64,000 bases of DNA. Origin: Anaeromyxobacteraceae bacterium. GTDB taxonomy: Bacteria; Myxococcota; Myxococcia; Myxococcales; Anaeromyxobacteraceae. The position numbers were made by a program, and so were the translations under genes. The notes beneath the pieces were generated by a model, which searched no databases, had not been told where the DNA came from, and worked only from the letters and a program-made list of their open reading frames with translations. Positions 52,996 through 64,000 of the stretch are shown one piece after another. The stretch lies in contig JASGHJ010000001.1 of assembly GCA_047602405.1 (NCBI GenBank), forward strand, positions 2,048,001 through 2,112,000, given 5' to 3'. Every line of letters starts with the position of its first letter. Position 1 is the stretch's first letter.

Positions 52996-54266
52996 CGGTC
53001 CCCTCCGGCCATGGGCCCCGCTCCCCTGAGCGCGGGCGACTCCCTCAGCAGCATCGCACCGGCGAGGCAGCCGAGCGAGAGGATCGCGAAGAGCGACAGC
53101 ATCGGCCCCACCCAGCGCGCCGAGGCCATCGCCAGCATGAAGGCGATGCCGGAGGCCTGGCCGGCGAGGAGCAGGAGCCCCTGGGACGTGGACTCCGGGG
53201 CCGGCCTGCCGATCTCGGCGGCGTACTGGAAGCCGATGGGCCCGGCGCTCATGACGAAGAACCCCAGCACGGCGGCGGCGACCTTCGCGACGAGGTAGGC
53301 GCCGGCGGGGGTCGCGGCGAGCGAGTCGGCGAAGGCGAGCCCGGCGACGCCGGGGACCATGCCCGCCATGCAGAGGACGAGGAAGGGCTTGCGCCGCCGG
53401 AGCGCGTCGGAGGCGATGGGGAGGACGAGCGCGCCCAGGATGCCGCCCGCGATCATGAACGCGCCGATGAGCCCGTCGGAGTCCTCGACGCCGATGTGGG
53501 CGGCGACGGCGTCGACCATCGACGAGAGCGCGTTGAAGACCCCGAGCCCCGCCGTGAAGAGCACGAGCAGGAGCCGGTAGTCCCGGCCCCGGAGCAGGCT
53601 CCGCATCCCCTCGAGCGCGCCGAGCCGCTCCTCGCCGCCCTCCACCGGCACGGCCGGGCGCTCCGGGACGAGGAGCAGCGTCGCGAGCGCGCCGAGCACC
53701 GTGGCGGCACCGTAGGCGAGGAGGAGCGCCGGGACGCCCTCGCCGTACCGCGGCGACGACGCGTCGCCGACGACCACCGCCGGCCCCACCACCATCGCGA
53801 GCACGATCCCGAGGTACTGCGCGAGCGCCGCGAGGCCGTTCGCGAGCCCGCGCTCGCGGAGCGGGAACCACCGCGCGGCCACCGCGGTCGCGGCGTTCAG
53901 CACGAAGGGCTGGGCGAGCGCGAGGAGCCCCTGGCCGGCGAGCACCGCGCCGAAGCGCCCGGCGAGGAGCGCCTTCAGGACGCCGCCCGCGGCCGCGAGC
54001 AGGGCGCCGACCGAGAGCCCACGCCGGATGCCGTAGGTGTCGATGACGTAGGACGCCGGCACGCTCGCGACGAGGTAGACGACGAGGTACAGCATCGCGA
54101 GGAGATCGACGTCGGGCGCCTCGCCCCCGGGGCCGGCGTAGAAGCGCGCCGCGGCGCGCGCGACCGGCGCGAGCGCCACCCACTGCACCTCGACGACCAG
54201 CGTGAGGAGCATGTAGGCGGCGAGGACCACCCAGCGGCGGCCGGAGGGCGGGCGGGGTTCGGTCAC
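52992..54266 (-). CDS. MFS transporter
   Basis: About 12 TM segments; IDTYGIRRG, AARWFPLRERG, SDALRRRK; GTG overlaps the TetR stop. Confidence 0.88.
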   Translation of the reverse strand: MTEPRPPSGRRWVVLAAYMLLTLVVEVQWVALAPVARAAARFYAGPGGEAPDVDLLAMLYLVVYLVASVPASYVIDTYGIRRGLSVGALLAAAGGVLKALLAGRFGAVLAGQGLLALAQPFVLNAATAVAARWFPLRERGLANGLAALAQYLGIVLAMVVGPAVVVGDASSPRYGEGVPALLLAYGAATVLGALATLLLVPERPAVPVEGGEERLGALEGMRSLLRGRDYRLLLVLFTAGLGVFNALSSMVDAVAAHIGVEDSDGLIGAFMIAGGILGALVLPIASDALRRRKPFLVLCMAGMVPGVAGLAFADSLAATPAGAYLVAKVAAAVLGFFVMSAGPIGFQYAAEIGRPAPESTSQGLLLLAGQASGIAFMLAMASARWVGPMLSLFAILSLGCLAGAMLLRESPALRGAGPMAGGDR

Positions 54267-54928
54267 GGGCGGATCCTCCGGCGCGGGGGGGCGAGGCGGG
54301 CGGCGAGCGCCCGGAGCACGAGCGCGCGCGGGCTCGTGCGGGCGAGGACGCGCTGCGGGACCTGGCCGTTCAGCACGAGCGAGACGACGCCGTGGACGAG
54401 CCCCCACAGCTCGATCGCCAGCGGCTCGGCCGGGCCGCGCGCGAGCACGCCCTCCGCCTGGCACGCGCGCACGACCTCGACCAGCTCCGCGAAGCCGTCG
54501 TGCGCGGCCGTCACGTAGTCCGGGTAGTCGGCCTCGCGCCCGATCGCGTTCGAGAAGGTGACCCGGTAGAGGTCGGGCTGCTCGAGCGCGAAGCGCACCG
54601 TCTCGACGGCGGTCTCGACGAGCCGCCGGCGCGGGTCGTCGGCGTGGCGCGCCGAGGCCTCGGCGATCCGGGCCCGCACCCGCCGGACGCCCTCGGTCGA
54701 GATGGCCGCGATGAGCGCCTGCTTGTCGGCGAAGTGGGCGTAGGGCGCGGAGTGGCTCACGCCCGCGCGCTGGGCGGCGCGGCGGAGCGTCAGGCCCGGC
54801 ACGCCCTCCTGCGCGAGGATCTCGGCGCCGGCGCGGATGAGGGCGTTCTTCAGGTCGCCGTGGTGGTAGGGCGCCCTCGGGGCGGAGGCGGTGTGGCGGC
54901 GCGGCCGCTCGACGGTTCGTCCCGGCAT
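54263..54928 (-). CDS. TetR/AcrR family regulator (WHG-type C-terminus)
   Basis: YHHGDLKNALI...LTLRRAAQRAGVSHSAPYAHFADK; LWGLVHG. Confidence 0.92.
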   Translation of the reverse strand: MPGRTVERPRRHTASAPRAPYHHGDLKNALIRAGAEILAQEGVPGLTLRRAAQRAGVSHSAPYAHFADKQALIAAISTEGVRRVRARIAEASARHADDPRRRLVETAVETVRFALEQPDLYRVTFSNAIGREADYPDYVTAAHDGFAELVEVVRACQAEGVLARGPAEPLAIELWGLVHGVVSLVLNGQVPQRVLARTSPRALVLRALAARLAPPRRRIRP

Positions 54929-54959
54929 CTTGACAGTGTCAAGATGCCCGGCCTATCGT
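54924..54959. promoter_or_regulatory. Perfect 25-bp operator palindrome overlapping the tetR start and the -35 box of the aldolase operon promoter
   Basis: GGCATCTTGACA-G-TGTCAAGATGCC (54924-54948); + strand TTGACA-N18-TATCGT (54930-54959). Confidence 0.8.
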
Positions 54960-54977
54960 CCCTCCGTCAACACCCCC

Positions 54978-55678
54978 ATGCAGCACGCCCGCGAACAGAT
55001 CGTCGCCGCAGCGCGTCGGCTCTCCGCCCGGGGGCTCCTCGTCGCGACCGGCGGGAACCTCTCGGTCCGCGTCCCCGGCGCGGACGCCTTCGCCATCACG
55101 CCGTCCGACCTCGACTACGGCCTCATGCAGCCCGAGGACGTGTGCGTGCTCCGCCTCGACCTCACGTCGGTGGACGCGCGCCGCAAGCCCTCCATCGAGT
55201 CGAGCCTCCACGCCGCGGTCTACCGCGCCCGCCCGGACGCCGGCGCGGTCGTGCACACGCACCAGCCCTACGCGAGCGCGGTGGCGCTGCTCGGCCTGCC
55301 CATCCCGGCGCTCTTCGACGAGCAGGTGCGCTTCCTGGGCCGGCGGGTCGAGGTCGTCCCGTACCGTCCCTCCGGCACCGGCATGCTCCGGAGCGCCCTC
55401 GAGCGGCGGCTCGCGAGCCGGGCGAACGCCTACATCCTCGCGAACCACGGCGCGGTCTGCATCGGCCCGGACCTCGGCCGCGCCGAGACCAACGTGGAGC
55501 TGCTGGAGAAGTGCGCGATGGCGTTCGTGCTCGCGCTCTGCACGGAGCGGAAGATCTCGAAGATCCCGCTCCTCGTCCGCGAGATCGCGTTCTCGCGGCT
55601 CAAGGCGGACCAGGACGCCGCCGGGCGCCGCGCGGCGGAGCAGGCGGCGGCGCTGCGCGCCGCCCAGGAGAGCGAGCC

Positions 55679-55682
<4 letters not shown>
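54978..55682 (+). CDS. Class II aldolase/adducin family protein (FucA-like)
   Basis: TGGNLSVR, ITPS, PSIESSLH, VHTH, LANHG. Confidence 0.9.
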
Positions 55683-57138
<1,456 letters not shown>

Positions 57139-57142
<4 letters not shown>

Positions 57143-58758
57143 GCGCGCGCCTCGTCACGCTGGCGGTCGACCTCGGCACGTCCGGCGTGAAGGTGGCGCT
57201 CGTCGACGAGCGCGCAAGGGTGCTCGCGTGGGAGAGCGAGCCGCTCGAGCTGACGGTCACGCCCGGCGGCGGCGCGGAGCAGTCTCCCGACGCGTGGTGG
57301 GCCGGGCTCCTCGCGGCGGCCGGCCGCGTGCTCGCCCGCGGCGCCTGCCCGCGGAGCGCGGTGCGTGCGGTCGCGTGCTCCACGCAGGGCGAGGGCACGG
57401 TGCCGGTCGACCGCGACGGCACGGCGCTCACGCCCTGCATGACCTGGATGGACATGCGCGGCGCCGCGGCGCTCCGGCGCCAGTTCCGCGGCCTCGTGAA
57501 CGTCGCGGGCGCGTCCCTGCCGAGGGTGCTGCGCTGGATCCGGCTGACGGGCGGCATGCCGTCGATGACGGGCAAGGACCCCGCCGGCCACATGCTCTGG
57601 CTGCGCGATGAGCGGCCGGACCTCTACGCCCGCACGCACCGGTTCCTGAACGTCCTCGACTACCTGAACCTCCGGCTCACGGGCCGGATGGTCGCGACGC
57701 ACGACTCGATCCTCACCTCCTGGGTCACCGACAACCGCGACGCCGACCGCATCCGCTACCACCCGGCGCTCGTGCGCGGCTCGGGCGTCGACCCCGCGAA
57801 GCTGCCGGAGCTCGTGCCGTGCACGGAGGTGCTCGGGCCGCTGCTGCCGGACGTGGCCGACGCGCTCGGGCTCGACCGCGGCGTGAAGGTGGTGGCGGGC
57901 GCCATCGACAACACCGCGGCGGCCGTGGGCGCGGGCGCGACGCGCGACGGCGCGCTGCACCTGTACCTCGGCACCTCCACCTGGATGGCGGCGCACGTCC
58001 CGTGGAAGAGGACCGATCTCGGGGCCGCGCTCGCCTCCGTGCCCTGCGCGCTGCCGGGCCGCTGGCTCCTCACCGCGCTGCAGGCGACCGCGGGCGGGAA
58101 CCTGTCGTTCCTGCGCGACAAGATCCTCTACCACCGCGACGAGCTGCTCCAGGAGGCGGGCGTCCCGGACGTCTTCAAGGTGATGGACCGGATCGCCGCG
58201 CGCGTCCCGCCTGGCGCCCGCGGGCTCGTCTACACCCCTTGGATCTGGGGCGAGCGCGCGCCCGTCGAGGACCGGGCGCTGCGGGCGGGGCTCTTCAACC
58301 TCTCGCTCGAGCACGACCGCGGCGACGTGGTGCGCGCGTTCCTCGAGGGCGTGGCGCTCAACTCGCGCTGGCTGCTCGGGCCGGTGGAGCGCTTCCTGGG
58401 CGAGAAGGTGCGGCGCCTCCGGCTCGCGGGCGGCGGCGCGTCGTCGGACGTGTGGTGCCGGATCTACGCGGACGTGCTGGGCGTGGAGATCGAGCAGGTG
58501 GAGGCGCCCGTGCAGGCGAACGCGCGGGGGGCGGCGCTGATCGCGCTCGCGGGCCTCGGCGAGATCGCGTGGGCGGACGTGCCGGAGCTGGTGGCGGTCC
58601 GGCGAGCGTATTCGCCCGATCCGGCCAGCCAGGCGGTTTACGACGAGCGCTACGCGACGTTCCTCGAGCTGCACCGAAGGTTGAAGGGGTTGTACGGCAG
58701 GGTGAATCGGGACCGCGGCGCCACCGACGGGGCCGGCCCCCGTCAGCCCCGAGCGTAG
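57139..58758 (+). CDS. FGGY-family carbohydrate kinase (xylulokinase-like)
   Basis: AVDLGTSGVK, EQSPDAWW, WMDMR, LYLGTS, GERAP, EGVA, GGGASSDVW. Confidence 0.9.
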
Positions 58759-58788
58759 TCCGCCGCAGGCGGGCGGAGACGAGGGGCG
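58741..58788 (+). repeat. REP-like palindrome supplying the kinase stop codon
   Basis: CGTCAGCCCCGAGCGTAGTCCGCC-GCA-GGCGGGCGGAGACGAGGGGCG; TAG 58756-58758 is part of the conserved GCGTAG. Confidence 0.8.
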
Positions 58789-58870
58789 CAGCGGGAGGCG
58801 ATCCCTGGTGCTCCTACCCGCGGCGCGGTCGTCGCCCCGCAGACGCAAAGCCCTGCTCATGTTGAAGGCC

Positions 58871-58918
58871 CCGCTCATCCCGAGCGTAGCCTGCCGAAGG
58901 CAGGCCGAGGTCGAAGGA
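58871..58918 (+). repeat. REP-like palindrome
   Basis: CCGCTCATCCCGAGCGTAGCCTGCC-GAA-GGCAGGCCGAGGTCGAAGGA. Confidence 0.82.
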
Positions 58919-59163
58919 AGAGCTCCCTCTCGGCGTGGGGACCCGCGGCGGGCGCAGGGCGGGGTTGAGGATCGCGACCGCACTGCGGTGAGGCGGTTGT
59001 GAGGGGGAGGGGCGGCTCGGGTTGGCGCATGTGCGGCGGTTGCGCCAGGCGCGAGGTGACTGTGGGTGAACCCCATCAGGGACGCTCCTGCCCCGTGGAC
59101 AGGGTTACTTCACGTGTTATGGTGCTGAACGGGCGTTCATGCTCCAGCCATGCGAGGTGAGCC

Positions 59164-60357
59164 ATGCGGAACCCGAAGATGATGAGGCTGCACGAGGAGA
59201 TCGGAGAACTGATCACGGGCGAACGTCACAAGCTCGTCGAGTTCCTGCACAAGCTCGACGTCGTCGACCGGGAGCGGGGCTACTGCGAGTTCAACTGCGG
59301 CTCGACCTGGGAGTACCTCACGAAGATGTGGCACCTCTGCGAGGGGACGGCGTCGGCGCGCACCACGGCGATGCGGCTCCTCCGGCGGTTCCCGCGGCTC
59401 GAGGCGGAGCTCGCGAGCGGGCGGCTGAACCCCACCCAGCTCCTCGTGCTCGCGCCCGTACTCACGCCAGCGAACTTCGAGGAGCTCGTCGGGAAGGCGG
59501 CGTGGCTCTCGAAGCGGAAGACGCTCGAGCTCGTGGTGGCCATCCAGGCGCGGGCCGTCCCGGCAGACGGGGTCAGGAGGCTGCCGCGGGAATCGGCGCC
59601 TGCGAAGGTCGCCGACCCGGTGGCGGTCGCGGATGCGGGAACGGTGGCTGTACCCGGTCAGATGAATTCACAACATCCGGAAGTTGTAACCGAGACGTTG
59701 GTACTCACGGCGCCCACGGCACCGGTGGTGGCTCTGCGCCGCTCCGACCGCGGCGAAATCGTGCCGGTCGCGAAGGACGAGTTCCAGCTCCGGGCGCACA
59801 TGGACGAGGAGACGAACCGGCTGTTCGAGGAGCTCGCGGGCCTGCTCGCGAACGTCGTGCCCGACCGCGCGCCGGCGAAGCTCCTCGCGATCATGGTGCG
59901 CGACTCGCTCGAGGCGCAGAAGCGGAAGCGCGGGCTGCTGAAGCCGACGCGTGCGCGGAAGCCGGTGCCTGAGAAGGAGCCGACGCCGGGGATCCGGCAG
60001 CCGGTGCCGGATGCGGTACGGCGGGCGGTGCTCGAGCGGGATGGGTACCGGTGCAGGTTCGGGGAGGAGGAGGGGCATCGCTGCGAGACCACCGAGAACC
60101 TGACCATGGAGCACAAGGACGGGGCGCTCGTGACGGGGTCGTCGACGATCGACGAGCTCCTCACGTACTGCTTCCCGCACAACATCTACGCCGCGTTCCT
60201 CAAGTTCGGGCCGGAGTTCATGCTGCGGAAGATCGAGGAGGCGCGGGCGGAGCGAGAGGCGAGGCGGGAGGGCACATCGCCAGACGTGCTCGTCGACGCA
60301 GCACCGCCGGACCCCGTCGCGAAGGAGGAGGTCGCGGAGTACGGCGCTGCGGCCTGA
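59164..60357 (+). CDS. DUF222-like N-terminus plus C-terminal HNH-like domain protein
   Basis: N-terminal ER...LVEFL..LDVVD...Y....GST.EYL......EGTA..R; C-terminal VRRAVLERDGYRC...RC...MEH...LLTYCFPHN...FG; RBS GAGG. Confidence 0.72.
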   Translation: MRNPKMMRLHEEIGELITGERHKLVEFLHKLDVVDRERGYCEFNCGSTWEYLTKMWHLCEGTASARTTAMRLLRRFPRLEAELASGRLNPTQLLVLAPVLTPANFEELVGKAAWLSKRKTLELVVAIQARAVPADGVRRLPRESAPAKVADPVAVADAGTVAVPGQMNSQHPEVVTETLVLTAPTAPVVALRRSDRGEIVPVAKDEFQLRAHMDEETNRLFEELAGLLANVVPDRAPAKLLAIMVRDSLEAQKRKRGLLKPTRARKPVPEKEPTPGIRQPVPDAVRRAVLERDGYRCRFGEEEGHRCETTENLTMEHKDGALVTGSSTIDELLTYCFPHNIYAAFLKFGPEFMLRKIEEARAEREARREGTSPDVLVDAAPPDPVAKEEVAEYGAAA

Positions 60358-60410
60358 CCTCGACTCCGTCGCCCTTCCACAGGCCCAGGGCGAGCGGACC
60401 GGGCCTGCGT

Positions 60411-61061
60411 TCACGCCGCCCGCCGGCCCGTCAGCACCACGCCGTAGCCGGAGAGCGCGGGCGTGGCCTTCACGTCGGCCAGGCCGGCGGCGCGGCCGAG
60501 CGCGACGAGCGCGTCGGGCGTGAAGCGGCGGTGGAGGCCGGACATGCCGCGCCACATCACCATCGCGAGGAGGTGGCGCGGGCCGTCGCGGAGGGCGTCG
60601 CGCGCGCTCGCCTCGCCGGCGGCGGGCTCGAGGAACGCGAGGCCGCCGCCGGGGCGGAGCACGCGGACCACCTCGGCGAGCGCGGCGGCGGGGTCGGGGA
60701 GGAGGTACAGCAGGCTGTGGCCGGTGGCGCCGTCGAAGGCGCCGGTGCGTACGGGCAGGCGCAGGGCGTCGGCGCGGAGGAGGGGCAGGGGCACCCCCGC
60801 CGCGCTGGCGCGGGCGGCGGCGGTGCGGACCATCGCGGCGGAGAGGTCGAGGCCGACGTGCAACCGCGCGGGATCGGCGCGCGCCATCTCGAGCGCGCTC
60901 GTGCCGGGGCCGATGCCGAGGTCGAGCACGCGCGGGCCGGGGACGAGCGCGGCCATCTCGCGGCAGTCGCGGCGCCAGCCCTCGCCGCCGGTGAGCGCCT
61001 CGTAGACGAACGAGGCCGGGCCGAAGGCGAGCTTCGCGTAGGTCCGGCCGAGGGCGTTCAC
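60411..61061 (-). CDS. Class I SAM-dependent methyltransferase (UbiE-like)
   Basis: VLDLGIGPG, GLDLSAAM, ADALRLP, RVLRPGG; GTG overlaps the ppx stop. Confidence 0.85.
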   Translation of the reverse strand: MNALGRTYAKLAFGPASFVYEALTGGEGWRRDCREMAALVPGPRVLDLGIGPGTSALEMARADPARLHVGLDLSAAMVRTAAARASAAGVPLPLLRADALRLPVRTGAFDGATGHSLLYLLPDPAAALAEVVRVLRPGGGLAFLEPAAGEASARDALRDGPRHLLAMVMWRGMSGLHRRFTPDALVALGRAAGLADVKATPALSGYGVVLTGRRAA

Positions 61062-62062
61062 GGGGAGGCCCCGCCCCGGCGCGCGAGCCGGTCGTGCAGG
61101 AGGCCCCACCGCACGCCGCGGTCGGAGACCACGAGCTCCTCGAAGCCGCCGAGCCGCATCGCCTCGGCGACGACCACACCGCCGGCGAGGATGACGTCGG
61201 CCCGCTTCGGCTCCATGCCAGGCAGCGCGGCGCGGGCGGTCACGGCGAGCCCGGCGAGCCGGTCGACCACCGCGTCCACCTGCGCGAGCGTCAGCGTCGA
61301 GCCGTGGACCCTGTCTGCGTCGTACGCGGGCAGCGCCTGCTCGACCGCGGCGAGCGTCGTGACCGTGCCGGCGATGCCGACGAGGCGCGCGCCGGGCGCG
61401 CGGGCGGCGAGCGACGTGATGGGCGCGAGCGCGGCGCGGGCGCCCGCGACGAGCGCGGCGCGGTCGGCCGGTGACAAGGGGTCGGTGCGGACGTGCCGCT
61501 CGGTGAGCCGCACCGCGCCGACCTGCAGGCTGGTGCGGGCGTCGGGCGCGGCGCCCCGGCCCACGATGAACTCGGTCGAGCCGCCGCCGACGTCGAGGAC
61601 GGCAAGCGCCGCCTCTGGGGCGGTGGAGGTGGCCCGCTTGACGGTCGCCGGACCCCCGAAATCCCTCCACGCGCTCGCGTACACGAGCCGCGCCTCCTCG
61701 TCGCCGCCGATGATCTCGGGCTCCAGCCCCGCCGCGGCCCGGGCGGCCTCGAAGAACTCCCCGCCGTTGGCGGCGTCGCGCGCCGCGCTCGTCGCGACGC
61801 AGATGATCTCGGTCGCCCCGAGCGCCCGCGCCTCGCGCGCGTAGTCGGCGAGCACGGCCACGGTGCGCGCGATGGCGGCGGGGTCGAGCCGGCCGGTCGC
61901 GTCGACGCCCTTCCCGAGCCGGGTGATCTCGGCGCGCTCCTTCACCGCCACGAGGGCCTCGCCGCGCACCTCCGCGACGAGCAGGAGGACGGTGTTCGTC
62001 CCGACGTCGATGGCGGCCAGCCGGGCCGGCGCCGCCGCCCCCGGGGCCGGCCCGCCGCTCAC
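61058..62062 (-). CDS. ppx: Ppx/GppA family exopolyphosphatase
   Basis: AAIDVGTNTV, TRLGKGVD, ATSAARDAAN, GDEEARL, LDVGGGSTE, RADVILAG; GTG overlaps the tolB stop. Confidence 0.9.
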   Translation of the reverse strand: MSGGPAPGAAAPARLAAIDVGTNTVLLLVAEVRGEALVAVKERAEITRLGKGVDATGRLDPAAIARTVAVLADYAREARALGATEIICVATSAARDAANGGEFFEAARAAAGLEPEIIGGDEEARLVYASAWRDFGGPATVKRATSTAPEAALAVLDVGGGSTEFIVGRGAAPDARTSLQVGAVRLTERHVRTDPLSPADRAALVAGARAALAPITSLAARAPGARLVGIAGTVTTLAAVEQALPAYDADRVHGSTLTLAQVDAVVDRLAGLAVTARAALPGMEPKRADVILAGGVVVAEAMRLGGFEELVVSDRGVRWGLLHDRLARRGGASP

Positions 62063-63352
62063 GGCGTCACCGGACCCCACACCGGCGCGGTCAGCTCGCC
62101 CGCGCCCTGCACGACCACCGTCTGCCGCTCGCCCTTCGGGTCCGACACCACGAGCGCCGGCGGGCCGCCGCGATCGGTCTTGAAGACGAGCAGGCGGCCG
62201 TTGGGGGCCCAGCTCGGCTCCTCGTTCGTGCGCCCCTGGTCCTGGGTCACGCGCGAGAATCCGGCCGGAGTCGACCGCCACCACGAACACGTCGAAGACC
62301 TTCCGCTCGTCGCGGCCGGTGAAGGCGATGAGGTCGCCGCGCGGGCTCCAGGCCGGGGTCTGGTTGTAGTTGCCCTGGAAGGTGAGCCGCCGCGGGGCGC
62401 CGCCCTCCGCCGACACGAGGTAGAGCTGTGGCGTGCCGGCCCGGTCGGAGACGAAGACCAGGCGCTTGCCGTCCGGCGACCACGACGGCGAGAGGTCGAG
62501 GGCGGGCTCGCGGGTGATCTTGCGCGCGTTCGAGCCGTCGGCGCCGGACACCCAGACGTCGCTGTTCGCGCCCTCGGTGACGGTGAAGGCGATCTGCCGG
62601 CCGTCCGGCGAGTAGACGCCGCCCATCGCGTTCGGGATGGCGACGAGCCGGCGGAAGGCGCGGTCGGCGAGCCGGTAGGTCCAGAGCTCCGGGCGGCCGC
62701 CACGGTAGCTCGTGACGAGGATCTCGGCGCCGTCCGGGCGCCACGACGGCGCGAGGAGGATGCTCCGCTCCGAGAGGAGCACCCGCGGGTTCTTGCCGTC
62801 GGCGTCGAGCAGCACGAGGTCCCAGGTGCTGCCGTTCCGCCGCACGGTCGCGACGCGGGACGAGAACACCCCGGGCTCGCGCGTGTAGTACGAGACGATC
62901 GCGTCGGCGATGCGGTGACCGAGGAGGCGCGGCTCGCCGGCGGGGGCGCGCACGGTCTTCCGGAGCGCCTCGCGGCCGGCGCGGACCTCGAAGAGGACGA
63001 GCTCGGCGGCGAGGTCGCCGGTGTCGCGGCGCACGCGGGCGCGGACGAGCCCCTCGGCGCCGACGTCGACCCACCGCGCGAACTTCACGGTCGCGGCGGC
63101 GAGCCCCTCGCCCGGATCGGCGAGGAAGCCCTTCGGGTCGAGCACCTCGAAGAAGCCGGAGAGCGCGAGGTCGCCGCGCACGACCGACGTGAGCTCGGCG
63201 GCCGGGGCGTCGCCGTCGGCGAGGAAGTCCGCGACCGCGATCGACACGGGGCGGAAGGTGGGCGAGTCGACGACGAGCGTGGGCCGGTCCTGCGCCGCGG
63301 CGGGCGCGGCGAGGGCGAGGAGGGCGGCGGCGAGGGCGATCGGTCGGGTCAT
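62059..63352 (-). CDS. tolB: Tol-Pal beta-propeller protein TolB; apparent +1 frameshift at ~62258
   Basis: Signal peptide; PD40 repeats PSWRPDG, YSPDG, PSWSPDG, FVSDRAGTPQLY, RRLTFQGNYNQTPAWSPRG, NEEPSWAPNG. Confidence 0.88.
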
Positions 63353-64000
63353 ATCTTGAACATCACCTGGAGGCCGGTCCGGCGGTAGAAGTCGCGCCGG
63401 TCCTGCGGCGGGGGGGGCATGCGCGCGGAGCGGAGGGTCCGCTCCAGCGCCGCGTCGAAGGCGGGGTTGCCGGAGTGTTCCTCGAACCGCCAGCGCCCGA
63501 TGGCGCCGTCGGGCTCGATGTAGAGCAGCACCACCGCCTTCAGGTAGAGCCGCTCCTGCTCCGAGATGGTGGAGGGGACGTCGTAGGAGGAGCGCAGCGC
63601 GCGCTCGACGAGCGCGTGGTAGCGGTCACCCTCGGCGGTGTCGGAGTCGCCGGCGGCGTCGCCGTCCGGATCGCCGTAGCGCTGCTCCTGGGCGACCTCC
63701 TTCCGCACGCGGTTGAGCACGGCGGCGAGGCCGCCGCCGGACGAGGGCGCGGAGGCCTTCGGCGCGGGCTGCTTCGCGGGCGACGGCTTCGCGCCGGGCA
63801 CGGGCGCGGGGGCCGCCGCGGGCGCAGGCTTCGCCTCCGGGACCGGGGGCGCGGCCTGCGGCGCCGGCTCCGGCGCGGGGGCGGGCTCCTCCCTGCGCGG
63901 CAGGAGGTGCTCCGGCTTCTTCTCCCCGAGCCGCACGAGGCGGGCGCGCATCGGCTTCTGGTCGGGGTCGACCGGCGGCGGGACCCGCACCATCGCCCAC
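63349..64000 (-). CDS. tolA: TolA/TonB-like energy transducer, 5' truncated by the window edge
   Basis: Pro/Ala-rich linker plus TonB-C-like domain (IEPDGAI...SGNPAFDAALERTL...PPPP); overlaps the tolB start. Confidence 0.72.
   Translation of the reverse strand, partial: WAMVRVPPPVDPDQKPMRARLVRLGEKKPEHLLPRREEPAPAPEPAPQAAPPVPEAKPAPAAAPAPVPGAKPSPAKQPAPKASAPSSGGGLAAVLNRVRKEVAQEQRYGDPDGDAAGDSDTAEGDRYHALVERALRSSYDVPSTISEQERLYLKAVVLLYIEPDGAIGRWRFEEHSGNPAFDAALERTLRSARMPPPPQDRRDFYRRTGLQVMFKI

Noticed and set aside
61058..63352. Apparent TolB-Ppx fusion (764 aa), and likewise GT2-methyltransferase (12365-14125), YfhO-PilD (22230-25121) and PilO-PilP (31623-32810)
   Set aside because: Each arises from a +1 frameshift in the upstream gene running into the frame of the coupled downstream gene; the missing parts are present in the adjacent frame.

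Overview
A very GC-rich Myxococcota window (Anaeromyxobacter-like, inferred from gene content and synteny) that is mostly a type IVa pilus locus. Order: pilC 3' end, pilS, pilR; a ~890-bp nested foldback element; a minus-strand block (STT3/AglB-like oligosaccharyltransferase, GT-C/TPR, GtrB-like GT2, methyltransferase, fimU-pilV-pilW-pilX-pilY1); sigma54-driven pilA, pilG, pilI, pilH, yfhO-like, pilD; a group II intron inserted immediately after an ATG at the start of pilS2; pilS2, pilR2, HTH, pilMNOPQ, lipoprotein, mglC, efp, accB, accC, sgmX, ExeA-like ATPase, tamB, Omp85. The rest holds a hemerythrin-PAS gene, a HAD phosphatase, a TetR-controlled MFS/aldolase/aminotransferase/FGGY-kinase catabolic module, a DUF222-like/HNH gene, and tolA-tolB-ppx-methyltransferase. 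Most interesting: (1) a candidate pilus-dedicated protein glycosylation system built around an AglB-like OST with a degenerate WWDYG motif, divergent from pilA; (2) the start-codon-targeting intron, whose predicted spliced product is out of frame as assembled; (3) a REP-like palindrome family that has entered pilQ in frame twice; (4) the foldback element. About a dozen single-base +1 frameshifts, most at or beside GATC, look like sequencing artefacts rather than pseudogenes. All protein assignments come from motif recognition and recalled synteny; no database search was run.
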